DNA of 64,000 nt. Source: Eledone cirrhosa. Its lineage: Eukaryota. The translations under genes were made by a program, and so were the position numbers. The DNA lies in the NCBI GenBank assembly GCA_964016885.1, contig OZ024742.1:59954001-60018000 (forward strand), written 5' to 3'. This document shows, piece by piece, positions 14,415 to 25,912 of the stretch. The notes below the pieces were generated by a model. The model was not told where the DNA came from. It did no database searches and saw only the letters and a program-made list of their open reading frames with translations. Numbering within the stretch: the stretch's first letter is position 1; each line of letters begins with the position of its first letter.

Positions 14415-14420
<6 letters not shown>
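7914..14420 (+). mobile_element. Tandem array of ~13.9 x 469-bp hammerhead-containing units (non-LTR retrozyme-like concatemer)
   Basis: Period 469 bp (one 463-bp interval, 12325-12788, from 1-nt and 5-nt deletions), only a few substitutions per unit, 14 identical HHR motifs, and a 3' end directly abutting (TA)n at 14421. Confidence 0.92.
8067..8111 (+). ncRNA. Type I hammerhead ribozyme of array unit 1 (repeated in all 14 units)
   Basis: AATATTG-CTGATGA-GATGT-AATA-ACATC-GAAA-CTAG-TC-CAATATT: 7-bp stem I, 5-bp stem II, palindromic ACTAGT stem III, GUC triplet. Predicted cleavage after 8104, 8573, 9042, 9511, 9980, 10449, 10918, 11387, 11856, 12325, 12788, 13257, 13726, 14195. Confidence 0.93.

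Positions 14421-14500
<80 letters not shown>
14421..14500. repeat. (TA)n microsatellite at the 3' junction of the array
   Basis: Directly visible. Confidence 0.95.
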
Positions 14501-14506
<6 letters not shown>

Positions 14507-14766
14507 GGTTTCCAACTGAATGTGGTGGGGCCGATAAACGTTGTTAGAACATAATGTGACCTTGAATAGATGGTATCAACAAAATTAGACAGTCAGTCCT
14601 CTAGTTTTTGTGGATCAAGTATTTTGAGATTAGAAACAGGTCGTACTAAACACTTAGGAGGCTATATGCACTTGATTTACGGTTATTTATGTCTCCATTA
14701 TACATATTTCACCGAGGACACCTACAAATTCTGAAGCTAGAGCTCGTCAGATGATATTAAAACCAT

Positions 14767-14950
14767 TAATTGTTTCTACTTTAGGCACAAAGCCAGCAAT
14801 TACTCAGTGCATTACTGGTACTTTAATTTATCGACCCCGTAAGGATGAAAGGCAAAGTCAACCTCGGCGGGATTTGAACTCAGATCGTAAAGGGACGTAA
14901 CTATGCTGGAAAGCATGGCGTCCGACCCTCTACTGATACTGCTAACCCAC
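14767..14950 (-). mobile_element. tRNA-derived SINE (family A, Meta-domain-like centre)
   Basis: B-box GAGTTCAAATCC and central GCCTTTCATCCTTACGGGGTCGATAAA-GTACCAG on the minus strand. Other copies at 24021-24184, 29233-29895, 37420-37612, 56838-57018, 60060-60235, 60612-60716, 62296-62485. Confidence 0.85.
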
Positions 14951-17900
14951 TCTTTAACATATTAAAAAAACTTCTTTAAAAATGTTCAAAAACTTCCTCG
15001 AAAAATGTGTACCCTTTTGTGATACAGCCGGCCCCTGTATGACTCCCTAGTGCTATGGAGGATGTGGGGGGGGGGTGTCAATCCGTGGCCTATTTTCTAC
15101 CACCGAATGTCGAAAATAGTTGTAGAAAATAATTTTTTCATGTAGCCCGTTCCCCCTCTCTCTGCCTGTCTGTGATTGTTATTGTAGTAGTGTCTGCCAT
15201 TGCGTCCCAACCCAGGGGTCTCCCTAATCTGCAACGCCCCCACACTCTTAAGGTTAAGAGGGGGAGGAGCTGATAACTGTGAATGAGCGGTTGCAATATT
15301 ATACAAAAAGAAGTAAACAGAATAAAATTAATTAAAATAATGTTGGAATAGAATGAAACGAAATTTCATTTCTCACTCTTAGTACGGCACTTACTTAAAT
15401 GCAAGTATGTATGTATGTATACGTACATACATATATGTATACAGACGTAGAGTAGTATGTATATATATACATATATGCACACATATATATATATGCACGT
15501 ATCGGTTTACCGAACATTTATTATAATGCTCGGTTTGTTTGTTTGTAAACAAACAAACAGCCCGAATTACGCCGTACAGTGTTTAGGCAACCACGTCACC
15601 TTTTTGTTCAACACTGACACAGGAACGATACATAAAATAATTTTATTAAATATATATATCCGTAAATCTTATCAAGAAACGTAGTTATTATAACTGGACA
15701 AAAAGTGCTAGAAGTCAGAGAGCCTCTACTCTTCGCTAATTTCACGTTAACCATAGCTCAACAGATTACATCCAGATGTGCGATCTCACCGACACCAGGA
15801 GACACATGCACTCGATGAGTGGGACGCAGAGGGAACTCTTTCGATATATAGGACATTTCCAGGAGGGGTTGGGCAGTAGGTATGTGCCCCGCAGCTTGAA
15901 TTATACAACGGGGAAACCGATCGATGTCTCCAGGCCTAAATGTCTAATCGATAAGCAGCTCATAGGTGGTTCTATAAACAATTAAATAGTATAGGTTGAC
16001 TCAAGGTAAGTTAAAGTAAATATCAGAATGCGACATGAAGATGAATTAGGGTTAAATTGAGTTACGTATGGTTGCAAAAACACAGTATTTAGTAATAGAA
16101 ACGGTAAGGTATAAAATGTAACAATATACGAGGTAAACATATACAGAGTAAACAAAATAGAGAAAGTGGTCATACAAGAAGAAAATGAAGAATACATATA
16201 ATAATAATAAATGTCATGAAATAACGTAACAATACAACATTTATAAAAGAATACACAAGCATACACACACGCACGATATATATATATATATATAAACAAT
16301 TAAATTCCCACTATGAACTATATGAAGTAATACATGAAGAGCGTTTAGGCCTCTTCATTTTATTATAATGGTTTGATTATGTCTCAGTTTGTATACTTCA
16401 AGTAGTCTGTAAGTACCAATATTTTGTACGCTTACGGATAGTTTTTGTTTTTGTTTCTTGTTCTTTTGTATTGATAATAACACGAAATGCCATTATCAAC
16501 CAATTGTACATGAAAGGAATAAACAAATATCTTCTGCCGTAATCATTTTCTTCAACTTTAATGTTGTTGTTGTTGTATTCAACCAGTAGATGAAGAGACG
16601 TATAAGACTATAGAAATGATGTAAGTGAGAATATTGCGTCGGCGAAATTGTTAGAGCGTTAGACAACGTGTATTATAATAGTTCGTGAGTATTTTACATT
16701 GTAAATTCAAATTAGGATTAAAACAAACGTTCATATTTGATTAATAAATCCCGAACTAGTACTCAATTTGATCTTTTGATTCTCTCTCTGGAAGAAACCG
16801 GAGAGGGTTCAGCTGTGGGGAGGGAGGAATTTCCACACGTTTAAAAGGCACATATCAGACTGTAAGTTATTATGGCCTCCATACGAATCCAATAGGAGAC
16901 TAACGCCGAAGGGCTAATGAATGGACCACTTAAGTGTTGGAGTCGAATTTAATCGAATACCCCACCCCCCCTCCCAAACAAAGATTTTTGTTTGGGCCTC
17001 TGTTAGAAACAATAATTAAGAATCGAAGAACTATTAATATGATGTATTTTAAGTAAAATATAGTGATTATGTATGTGCTATACATTTCGGAAAATGCTAT
17101 TTCAAATTTCAATTTTCTTAATGTTTTCCTAATATACCCTAAAGCTAAATGAAATATACCCCATGTGAAAATCAAAATAAATTCGTTCCCGATTTACACT
17201 AACTATAAATAGTCATTTTTTGTTCATCCAGTTTTACAGACTAAACTATGGACGTTGCAGCTAGTATCATTGGAAGAAGTGTTCAGTAAAACCCATTCAT
17301 GCTTCACTAATGCTTGTCATTTGCTTAAGTCGTTTAACCTTTTATATAATGTATCACCTCATTATTTTCACGGATATATCACCGTAAATTTCATTAATAA
17401 TCAGCAAGAGAATTCTGTTAAATTATTTTTATTCTCCAATATTGGATTTCGAAAGAAAGAGAGTAACAACATTATAATACAAAGAATTGAAATAGAATAT
17501 AACTGAAATAAAATAAAATAAAATAGAATAAAATAAACAGTCAAATTAGCTTTTTGTGATTCAGTCGTATTTTTCAAAAAATGACCCCATGCATCAACTT
17601 AGATATCCAACTCCAAAATCATTATTATTTAGAATGACACGCATTTCGATTATTTTCTTAAATTACACATGACTGGCATATATTTCATTGTTGCTCTCTC
17701 AATAATCATAATCCTTACAAACTTCCAGCCACTACAGAAAATGTCTAGACTTGGTGCCGAATACAATGTGGCAACATTATTACCATATTTAGAATTGGCA
17801 TTATTATTGGACATTCCTTCAACTTCTCTTCTTCAGTCATCGATTTTCTTAACAACGTTCTGTATTCCCCATTTTGTTGTACGTTTCGTTTTTTTTTTCG

Positions 17901-17989
17901 TTTATTGTTTATCGATTTGGTATGTCCCATTGACATCATCGTTACAATCATTGTAGTCAACATCATTTCTTTCAACGGTTTTCTATCAT

Positions 17990-17996
17990 CATTATT

Positions 17997-18066
<70 letters not shown>
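17990..18066. repeat. (ATT)n microsatellite
   Basis: Directly visible. Confidence 0.95.
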
Positions 18067-18067
<1 letters not shown>

Positions 18068-18582
18068 GAAAGTCTGCTGTTTCCTCTGTTCATCTTCATT
18101 CCAGCATCAGTCAGTTTTAATTAATCCTGTCCCCAATGTTGCCTCTGAAGCCAAATGTCTTCTTATTGAGTTCAACCTATCCTGTGAATAAACTAAAGCG
18201 TCAGCGTGCACATTTAGAAATTACACATATATGCATACATATATAAATACACACTACATACATACTATCATACATACATATACACACACTCACACAGAGA
18301 CGTAAAGCATATATATATATATGTACATATATATATATGTAACTTATAAGGAAATAATAGACACAAATATACCTATATTTTCTTCAAAGTCCCGACTGCG
18401 GTTTCACAGATCCGTGTCCAACGTTCTGCACTATAAAAGGCATCATCGCTGTGACGCTGATACGGGTTGTCAAGAGAGTCCTCAGAAAAAAGGACAGTTT
18501 CTTTGACGCTTTAGTAGGCAAGTGAGAACATCTCTAGAGGTGGTGGGAGGAATCAACACGTGATCAGTGGTCAAAATAAAGA

Positions 18583-18611
18583 ATATATATATATATATAT
18601 ATATATGTATA

Positions 18612-18684
<73 letters not shown>

Positions 18685-19004
18685 ATATGTATATATATAT
18701 GTATATGTATATGTGTATATATATGTATATATATGTATATGTATATATGTATATATATGTATATGTATATATATGTATATGTATATATATATGTATATAT
18801 ATGTATATGTATATATATGTATATATATGTATATGTATATATATGTATATATATGTATATGTATATATATGTATATATATGTATATGTATATATATATGT
18901 ATATATATGTATGTATATGTATATGTATATGTATATATATATGTATATATATATGTATGTATATGTATATATAAAAATGTATATATATATGTATATATAT
19001 ACTG

Positions 19005-19042
<38 letters not shown>
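18583..19042. repeat. Compound (TA)n/(TATG)n microsatellite
   Basis: Directly visible; source of several spurious ORFs. Confidence 0.95.
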
Positions 19043-19335
19043 CAGTGGGTCCTCGATATACAGTAGTTCTTTATCCGGTAAATTTACAGATACGGTTTTG
19101 GGTAATTACTGCCATCAATTCTATTTACGGTAAAAAAAATTCACAGATACGATTTTTGGTCGTGTTTTGATTATATTGTGAAGTAACGCCATCTGTAGTA
19201 AGCAATACATTCCCCCTTGAATTCGTGGAAACTGACTGCTATTCGAATTCTAGGAAAATTGTCTTACTACTGCTATCGTACTAACTGAGCTTACAGAGAA
19301 ACTGGCCAATCACGAGCGAGTTCAGATATCGGTCG

Positions 19336-19444
19336 ATGACGTCATAACTCTTAACTGATCACTTTAGTTCGGCAAACTAGCATGTCCTCTCGGCGAGAGA
19401 ATTTTTGCCGAACTGAAGTGATCAGTTAAGAGTTATGACGTCAT
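19336..19444. repeat. 41-bp inverted repeat (hairpin) in the Tigger 5' region
   Basis: 19336-19376 pairs with 19404-19444 with a single mismatch; the loop contains a small CTCTCG/CGAGAG stem. Confidence 0.9.
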
Positions 19445-19518
19445 TCAAAGTAAGAGAAAACCCGACGGCGTCTTTTTGGAGCATAATTATCACGGCATAT
19501 CTTATAACCCCATATCTC

Positions 19519-21279
19519 ATGGCCCCAAAACGTCCTGCGAATATTGCTGATGCAGACGCATGAGGGAGAGCCTGACTTTGGAGATAAAGCTGGACATTTT
19601 GAAAAGGAAGGAACAGGGCAAGGTACGTCCGCCATAAGTCGTAACTTAGGCCTAGCGCAGTCTACAGTCTGGACTGTTTTAACAAATAGTGAGGCTGTCC
19701 AAAAGGCTGGGGAGAATGCTACGAGTCTACAGAGTAAATTGTTGACCAAACATGGTGAGCCGATTATGGATAGGATGAAAAGGTTGCTCAAAATTTGGAT
19801 CAACGACCACAATCGTCAAAATATGCCTCTGTCTTTAAATGTAATCAGTGAGAAAGCGTTGTCCATTATTGACAAGCTCAAGACTGAAATAAGGGTGGAC
19901 GACTTTGTATTCAAAGCAAGCAAAAGCTGGTTTGATAAGTTCAAACGACGTTCGAGTCTTCACAACATAAATGTTACAGGTGAGGCTGCCAGTTCCGACA
20001 AAATTCAAGGCAGTGTTAGAGAAATGCATTGCAGAGAAGGGGTACAACAAATAACAGGTTATTAATTATGATGAAACAGGACTTTACTGGAAAAAGATGA
20101 ACAGTAATAATTATATTGACAGGGAGGAGAAAAGTGCGAAGGGTTCAAAGCCTCAAAGGACCGCGTTACTCTGTTACTTGGAGGGAATGCAGAAGGAGAT
20201 TTAAAGCTAAAGCCATTCATTATCTACCATTCTGAAACTCCAACAGCACTCGAGGGGTTACTTAAGCAATGCCTACCAGTGATATGGAAGTCTAATAAGA
20301 AGGCATGACTGATCACTTCAATTCACCAGGATCTGTTCACCTCATATCTGTCACCAACCCTTAAGGAATATGCATTAGCTAACGACATTGCCAATCGTTT
20401 TCTGCTATTAGTGGACAACGCCCCCAGCCACCCACATGCAATGGAAGACTGGTCAGAAAATATTGAGGTTTTGTTTCTCCCCCCAAACACCACAGCTCTC
20501 ATTCAGCCGATGGATCGAGCAGTCATCAAAATATTTACTCTTTCTTCAAGCCAATAATACCAGCGAGAACCATGCAGCAGCTGATAAAGGGCACATATGA
20601 GCCTGACAAGCCCACGATTAGGGAATGGTGGAAATTGTACAACATCAAGCACGGCTTAGACAGCATCAAGACATATTGGGAAGAAGTGAAGCAGTCTACC
20701 ATGAACTTGGCCTGGAAGATATTATGGCCAGCATGTGTGAATGACTTCCAAGGCTTTGCTGAGGACATTGGTGCGATAAAAAAAGATATTGTAAATCTCT
20801 GCCAGAGAGCTGGCTTTGATGGTGTTAATGATGATGATGTGCAATACCTTTTGGAAAGCCACGCTGAACCACTCTCCAATGATGAACTCATAGAACTAGA
20901 CAAGGCGATACAGGAAACAGAAAAAGAAGAAGAGGAGGAAGAAGAACCTGTGCGTGGCCTGGACCTAAAACCTCTAAGAGAATGTCTCGGGAGTATCGAG
21001 ACAATCTTAGAAACCCTGAAGGAGCGTGACCCCAACCCTGCTAGGAGCAGCAAAGTGGCTCAAGACGTCGAGAAAAGCATCAAGATTTACCAAGAAATGT
21101 ATGAAGCCAAAAGAAACACCGCTAAACAGTCCTTCATCTACTCTTTTTTCAAGCCAGTCACACCTGCCAACCGTGCTACAGCTGGCCCTTCAACATCCCC
21201 TGCAGTCAACGAGTTTGTTGGTTTTGAGTCTCCCACATCACCTTCATCCTCTCGTGCCAACTCAGCCCAACATGAGTAA
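19519..21279 (+). pseudogene. Tigger/pogo (CENP-B HTH + DDE_1) transposase, frameshifted
   Basis: MAPKR start, HTH (SAISRNLGLAQSTVWTVL), FKASKSWFDKFKRR, NYDETGLYWKKM, KDRVTLLLGGNA, LVDNAPSHP, FLPPNTTALIQPMD, acidic C-terminus; split over several frames. Confidence 0.9.
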
Positions 21280-21528
21280 GGGCTGAAACCCATTCTGTCC
21301 CTTAGCCTCGGGAGGGACACATGAAGAGGCACATCATCTGATGGATTACGCGGCTTGTATAAGGTACAGTAAATAATAAAAAACATTATTTCTTTTCTGG
21401 AGGGCTTACTTTTTCGATGTGCTGGAACGCATCCCTATCTATTTCATGTTATAATGGGTTCTTCATACGGTAATTCGATATACGGTAAGGGTTTCTGGAA
21501 CGCATATGTACCGTATATCGAGGACTCA

Positions 21529-21594
<66 letters not shown>

Positions 21595-21651
21595 CCTTTC
21601 AGCTTGGCACAAGCTATTGCCATAACACACGATTTCATATAAAAAACCACG

Positions 21652-21720
<69 letters not shown>

Positions 21721-22476
21721 GTTTGTTTAAAAAAGCACGCATGGGTAGCTCTGTAAAATATGTATTCAAAATATGCGGTGCACAGGACAAGCGAAGGAAA
21801 AAAGGAACAACTGAGAGATGGACTAACCGATCTCCTCAATCAACCACTGGAAATCACTACAGTGTTGCTTTAATTTCGATACCTTTCATTTCAATATAGA
21901 TGTAAAATATCCCAAGAAAGTCAACTGACAATGAAGGGAGACTATTGTGTGTAAAGAAGAAAAAATATAGAAAGGAAAGAAATAATATCACTGAAGAAAA
22001 TAATATGGAAAGCAGTCCAACGTTCAGATACAGAAGAATGTCATTGATGCGTAGAAAAGGTAACAAGGGAGAATAGTTAAAGACAAACCAGGCGGTGATA
22101 TGTCTGTCATATGATAGTTTAAAAAAAGATGGTATGACAGAGACAACGGAAAAACGGAAGTCTCATCTCCTCAATCAACATCGGAAAATCACGACGGCTG
22201 CGGTACTTTAAGGTTGATAACGTTCATTCTAGTGTATATTGGGGCTTTTTCGCATTCGTCGGTGGCGATTGTCGAACTGACATGTTAACCAGAAATCTTT
22301 AAATATCTACCCACCGAATAACTTACGAGATCTACAAAACCAAAGTGTAAAATTATAATATTATAAAATTAAATTAAATTGTTTAGAACTACAATTGAAG
22401 TCATTCTTTTACCTTTATTTCAATATACCTAACTACCTAACTCTAACTGTACTAAGGAATTCACACATTTTCCAGT

Positions 22477-22525
<49 letters not shown>

Positions 22526-22711
22526 AGGTTTGTTGGTTCACCACTGGATAGAACTGGTCCTTCCGTATGGTCAATCCTGGTGTAATATTGTGAAGAGTGC
22601 TCAACGCAGTGCAGTTCACCCATCTTCGTACGTGTAGTTGGTGGTGCGAATACGGAGTTAATTATAAATGAAATAACAGGAGGCTGGACTGGTGTAAATC
22701 CTTGAAAGGTT

Positions 22712-22780
22712 TATTATACTATGATCATTTCAATGACCTGGTTCCATATGAATCCGGTGATATCATCAGGTATTGGAATA
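22712..22780 (-). ncRNA. Type I hammerhead motif (mirror of 25722-25790)
   Basis: Reverse-complement copy in the left IR arm. Confidence 0.65.
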
Positions 22781-24006
22781 TAACAAAGGAATATGTAAAA
22801 AGCCATGGGTCCGAAAAACCATGAGTCCGAGGAACCAGAGACAGAGAGGGCGGCTGACCAACTAGCTTCATAGCCAGCCGCCCTCAAAGTGTTGGCAACC
22901 GAAAACTATCAGTGAATATCTGGTAAGGGGGCGCAGGCCTATCATGTACTACCACCACTCTGTCAAAGAAGAAGTGGAAGAAAGAAAGCGAGAAAGAAGT
23001 GTAGTGTAAGGGTCAAACTACATTCATGTTAGAAAATGCCGCGAAAAAAATGCTACCCAAAGAATCTATAGTGGGTGTCTGTATGGTATAATGTGTGAAC
23101 CGAAGATTGGAAACTTATGTTGCGAGTTATAGGATGAAATAAATTAAATTAAAAATATTATATTGCAAAATGGTAAATTGAAAAATAGAGGTAGCGAGAT
23201 GTATTTATTTAACGAACTTACGGAGAGAGTCTTATATGAAAAAAATTTCTTTTATATTTAACTCGATAAGATATTAGGATGGGATATAGAGTAAAGATTT
23301 CGATTGGGAGTCCCAGCCAGCACACCCACCACCATGAGTCCGCCAGTCTCGAGTGGTATCGTCCAGCGAAAGAAATGGAAATAAATGTTTCCGAGTACTC
23401 TAGGAACGTAGCTAACTTTGGCCCCGGGATCGCTAGCGGGAACCCCACAATTTCGACAGGCCATCGTCTAGACAACGAATACTATTAAATCACACATTAG
23501 GGGTTTATTTACGTGTCAATAGAGGCATGATACAGTTAATAGTTGTGCCCAAACCTGGAGTTTGTAGGTACAGGTATAATTAGGCGGCCAAAACAGGCGG
23601 CGCGGTGGGACTGGGGCAGAGCAAGCAACTCCGAGTAATTTCATTTACCAAAATAGGAGAAATTTATTTTTCCGAGCACTCAAGGAAGGCTGAACTTTCC
23701 GAGTGCCGAGCGCGCAGCCGGGAAAAAGCCACCACACAAGTCAAACAATGAAAAGTACAAATAGATCAAAATTATTTTAAATTATTTTAAAGTCACAGTT
23801 AGTCCGGGTTATAGGTAGTGTTGTTCTTGCGTGGGTAGGGGGCTATGAAGGTGCATAATGACCTGAGTAAGGAAAAGTTACAAAAAAATACCAATACATT
23901 GATAAAAATACATTAATAAAATAATAGAAAATAATAAAATATACATTAATGAGATAGTAAAAAATTTAATAAAGGTAAATAAGAGTCAATATAGATCAAG
24001 TTGTAG

Positions 24007-24198
24007 TAAGATAATATAATTGTTTCTACTTTTGGCACAAGGCCAGCAATTACCCAGTACTTCATTTTATCGACCCCGTAAGGATGAAAGGCAAAGTCAA
24101 CCTCGGCGGGATTTGAACTCAGATCGTAAAAGGACGTAACTATGCTGGAAAACATGGCGTCCGACCCTCTACCGATACTGCCAATAAGATAATATAAT
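24007..24198 (-). mobile_element. SINE family A with 14-bp target-site duplication
   Basis: TAAGATAATATAAT at 24007-24020 and 24185-24198 flanks the SINE body. Confidence 0.9.
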
Positions 24199-25721
24199 AT
24201 AAGTTGTACATATAGATACAGATATAGAGGATGGAGGAGATGGAATGGTAACAGATTGCACCTAGTGTAAAGTTCGGGTTCCGATTTCAGTGCGAGTCAC
24301 AAAAAGTCCTGAGGTATAGAGTAGATAATACAGTCAATATAATACAAGTTTTAGTATAATACGTAGAGTTTTGTTGGAATCGGAAATATCCTGACAAGGA
24401 AGTGGTATCAGGTGGCGGTAGATAAGGCGCGAGCAGCCAAAATCCGAATTCGCAAGTAGATCAGTTAATCCCATGCTGGTAATAGCTGTACACCGAAGTC
24501 AGTGCCGCTGTTCAATATTACATTTTGAAGTGCTCAACATTATAGGCGCATTATTTCTTAAGGTTTGTGGTTCACTATTATTTTATTAATGTATTTTTAT
24601 CAATGTATTGGTATTTTTTTGTAACGTTTCCTTACTCAGGTCATTATGCACCTTCATAGCCCCCTACCCACGCAAGAACAACACTACCTATAACCCGGAC
24701 TAACTGGGACTTTAAAATAATTTAAAATAATTTTGATCTATTTGCATTTTTCATTGTTTGACTTGTGTGGTGGCTTTTTCCCGGCTGCGCGCTCGGCACT
24801 CGGAAAGTTCAGCCTTCCTTGAGTGCTCGAAAAAATAAATTTCTCCTCTTTCGGTAAATGAAATTACTCGGAGTGGCTTGCTCTGCCCCAGTCCCACCGC
24901 GCCGCCTGTTTTGGCCGCCTAATTATACCTGTACCTACAAACTCCAGGTTTGGGCACAACTATTAGCTGTATCATGCCTCTATTGACACGTAAATAAACC
25001 CCTAATGTGTGATTTAATAGTATTCGTTGTCTAGACGATGGCCTGTCGAAATTGTGGGGTTCCCGCTAGCGATCCCGGGGCCAAAGTTAACTACGTTCCT
25101 AGAGTACTTGGAAACATTTATTTCCATTTCTTTCGCTGGACGATACCACTCGAGACTGGCGGACTCATGGTGGTGGGTGTGCTGGCTGGGACTCCCAATC
25201 GAAATCTTTACTCTATATCCCATCCTAATATCTTATCGAGTTAAATATAAAAGAAATTTTTTTCATATAAGACTCTCTCCGTAAGTTCGTTAAATAAATA
25301 CATCTCGCTACCTCTATTTTTCAATTTACCATTTTGCAATATAATATTTTTAATTTAATTTATTTCATCCTATAACTCGCAACATAAGTTTCCAATCTTC
25401 GGTTCACACATTATACCATACAGACACCCACTATAGATTCTTTGGGTAGCATTTTTTTCGCGGCATTTTCTAACATGAATGTAGTTTGACCCTTACACTA
25501 CACTTCTTTCTCGCTTTCTTTCTTCCCCTTCTTCTTTGACAGAGTGGTGGTAGTACATGATAGGCCTGCGCCCCCTTACCAGATATTCACTGATAGTTTT
25601 CGGTTGCCAACACTTTGAGGGCGCCTGGCTATGAAGCTAGTTGGTCAGCCGCCCTCTCTGTCTCTGGTTCCTCGGACCCATGGTTTTTCGGACCCATGGC
25701 GTTTTACATATTCGTTTGTTA

Positions 25722-25790
25722 TATTCCAATACCTGATGATATCACCGGATTCATATGGAACCCGGTCATTGAAATGATCATAGTATAATA
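25722..25790 (+). ncRNA. Type I hammerhead motif (U-U at first stem II pair)
   Basis: TATT-cca-ATAC-CTGATGA-TATCACCGG...CCGGTCATT-GAAA-TGATCA-TA-GTAT-AATA; palindromic stem III, bulged stem I. Confidence 0.7.
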
Positions 25791-25856
25791 AACCTTTCAA
25801 GGATTTACACCAGTCCAGCCTCCTGTTATTTCATTTATATATATTTATATATATAT

Positions 25857-25912
<56 letters not shown>

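Larger units (their letters stand above)
19043..21531 (+). mobile_element. Tigger/pogo DNA transposon, full length, inactive
   Basis: 23-bp TIRs CAGTGGGTCCTCGATATACAGTA (19043-19065) and TACCGTATATCGAGGACTCACTG (21509-21531), 21/23 matching; TA on the left; inserted in a TA microsatellite. Confidence 0.93.
22663..25839. repeat. Large inverted repeat: 1265-bp arms (22663-23927, 24575-25839), 647-bp spacer; PLE-type element with an outer HHR in each arm
   Basis: Arms are reverse complements with roughly 15-20 substitutions by eye, and the ORF track shows mirrored ORFs. The right end abuts (TA)n; the left arm continues with a ~140-nt tail to (TA)n at about 22520. Confidence 0.93.

Noticed and set aside
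7914-14420. CRISPR-like array or ambisense viroid-like/Obelisk replicon
   Set aside because: Units are wholly repeated with no unique spacers. No minus-strand ribozyme core was found (nearest is CTGACGC), and there is no long ORF.
7996-14519. Repeated 64-aa (+) and 72-aa (-) ORFs in the 469-bp units as protein genes
   Set aside because: No recognisable domain. They overlap structured RNA, are lost or altered in some units, and 469 is not a multiple of 3, so there is no simple endless ORF on the circle.
23218-25284. Mirrored 68-85-aa ORFs as a duplicated gene pair
   Set aside because: A consequence of the inverted repeat; no recognisable protein motifs.
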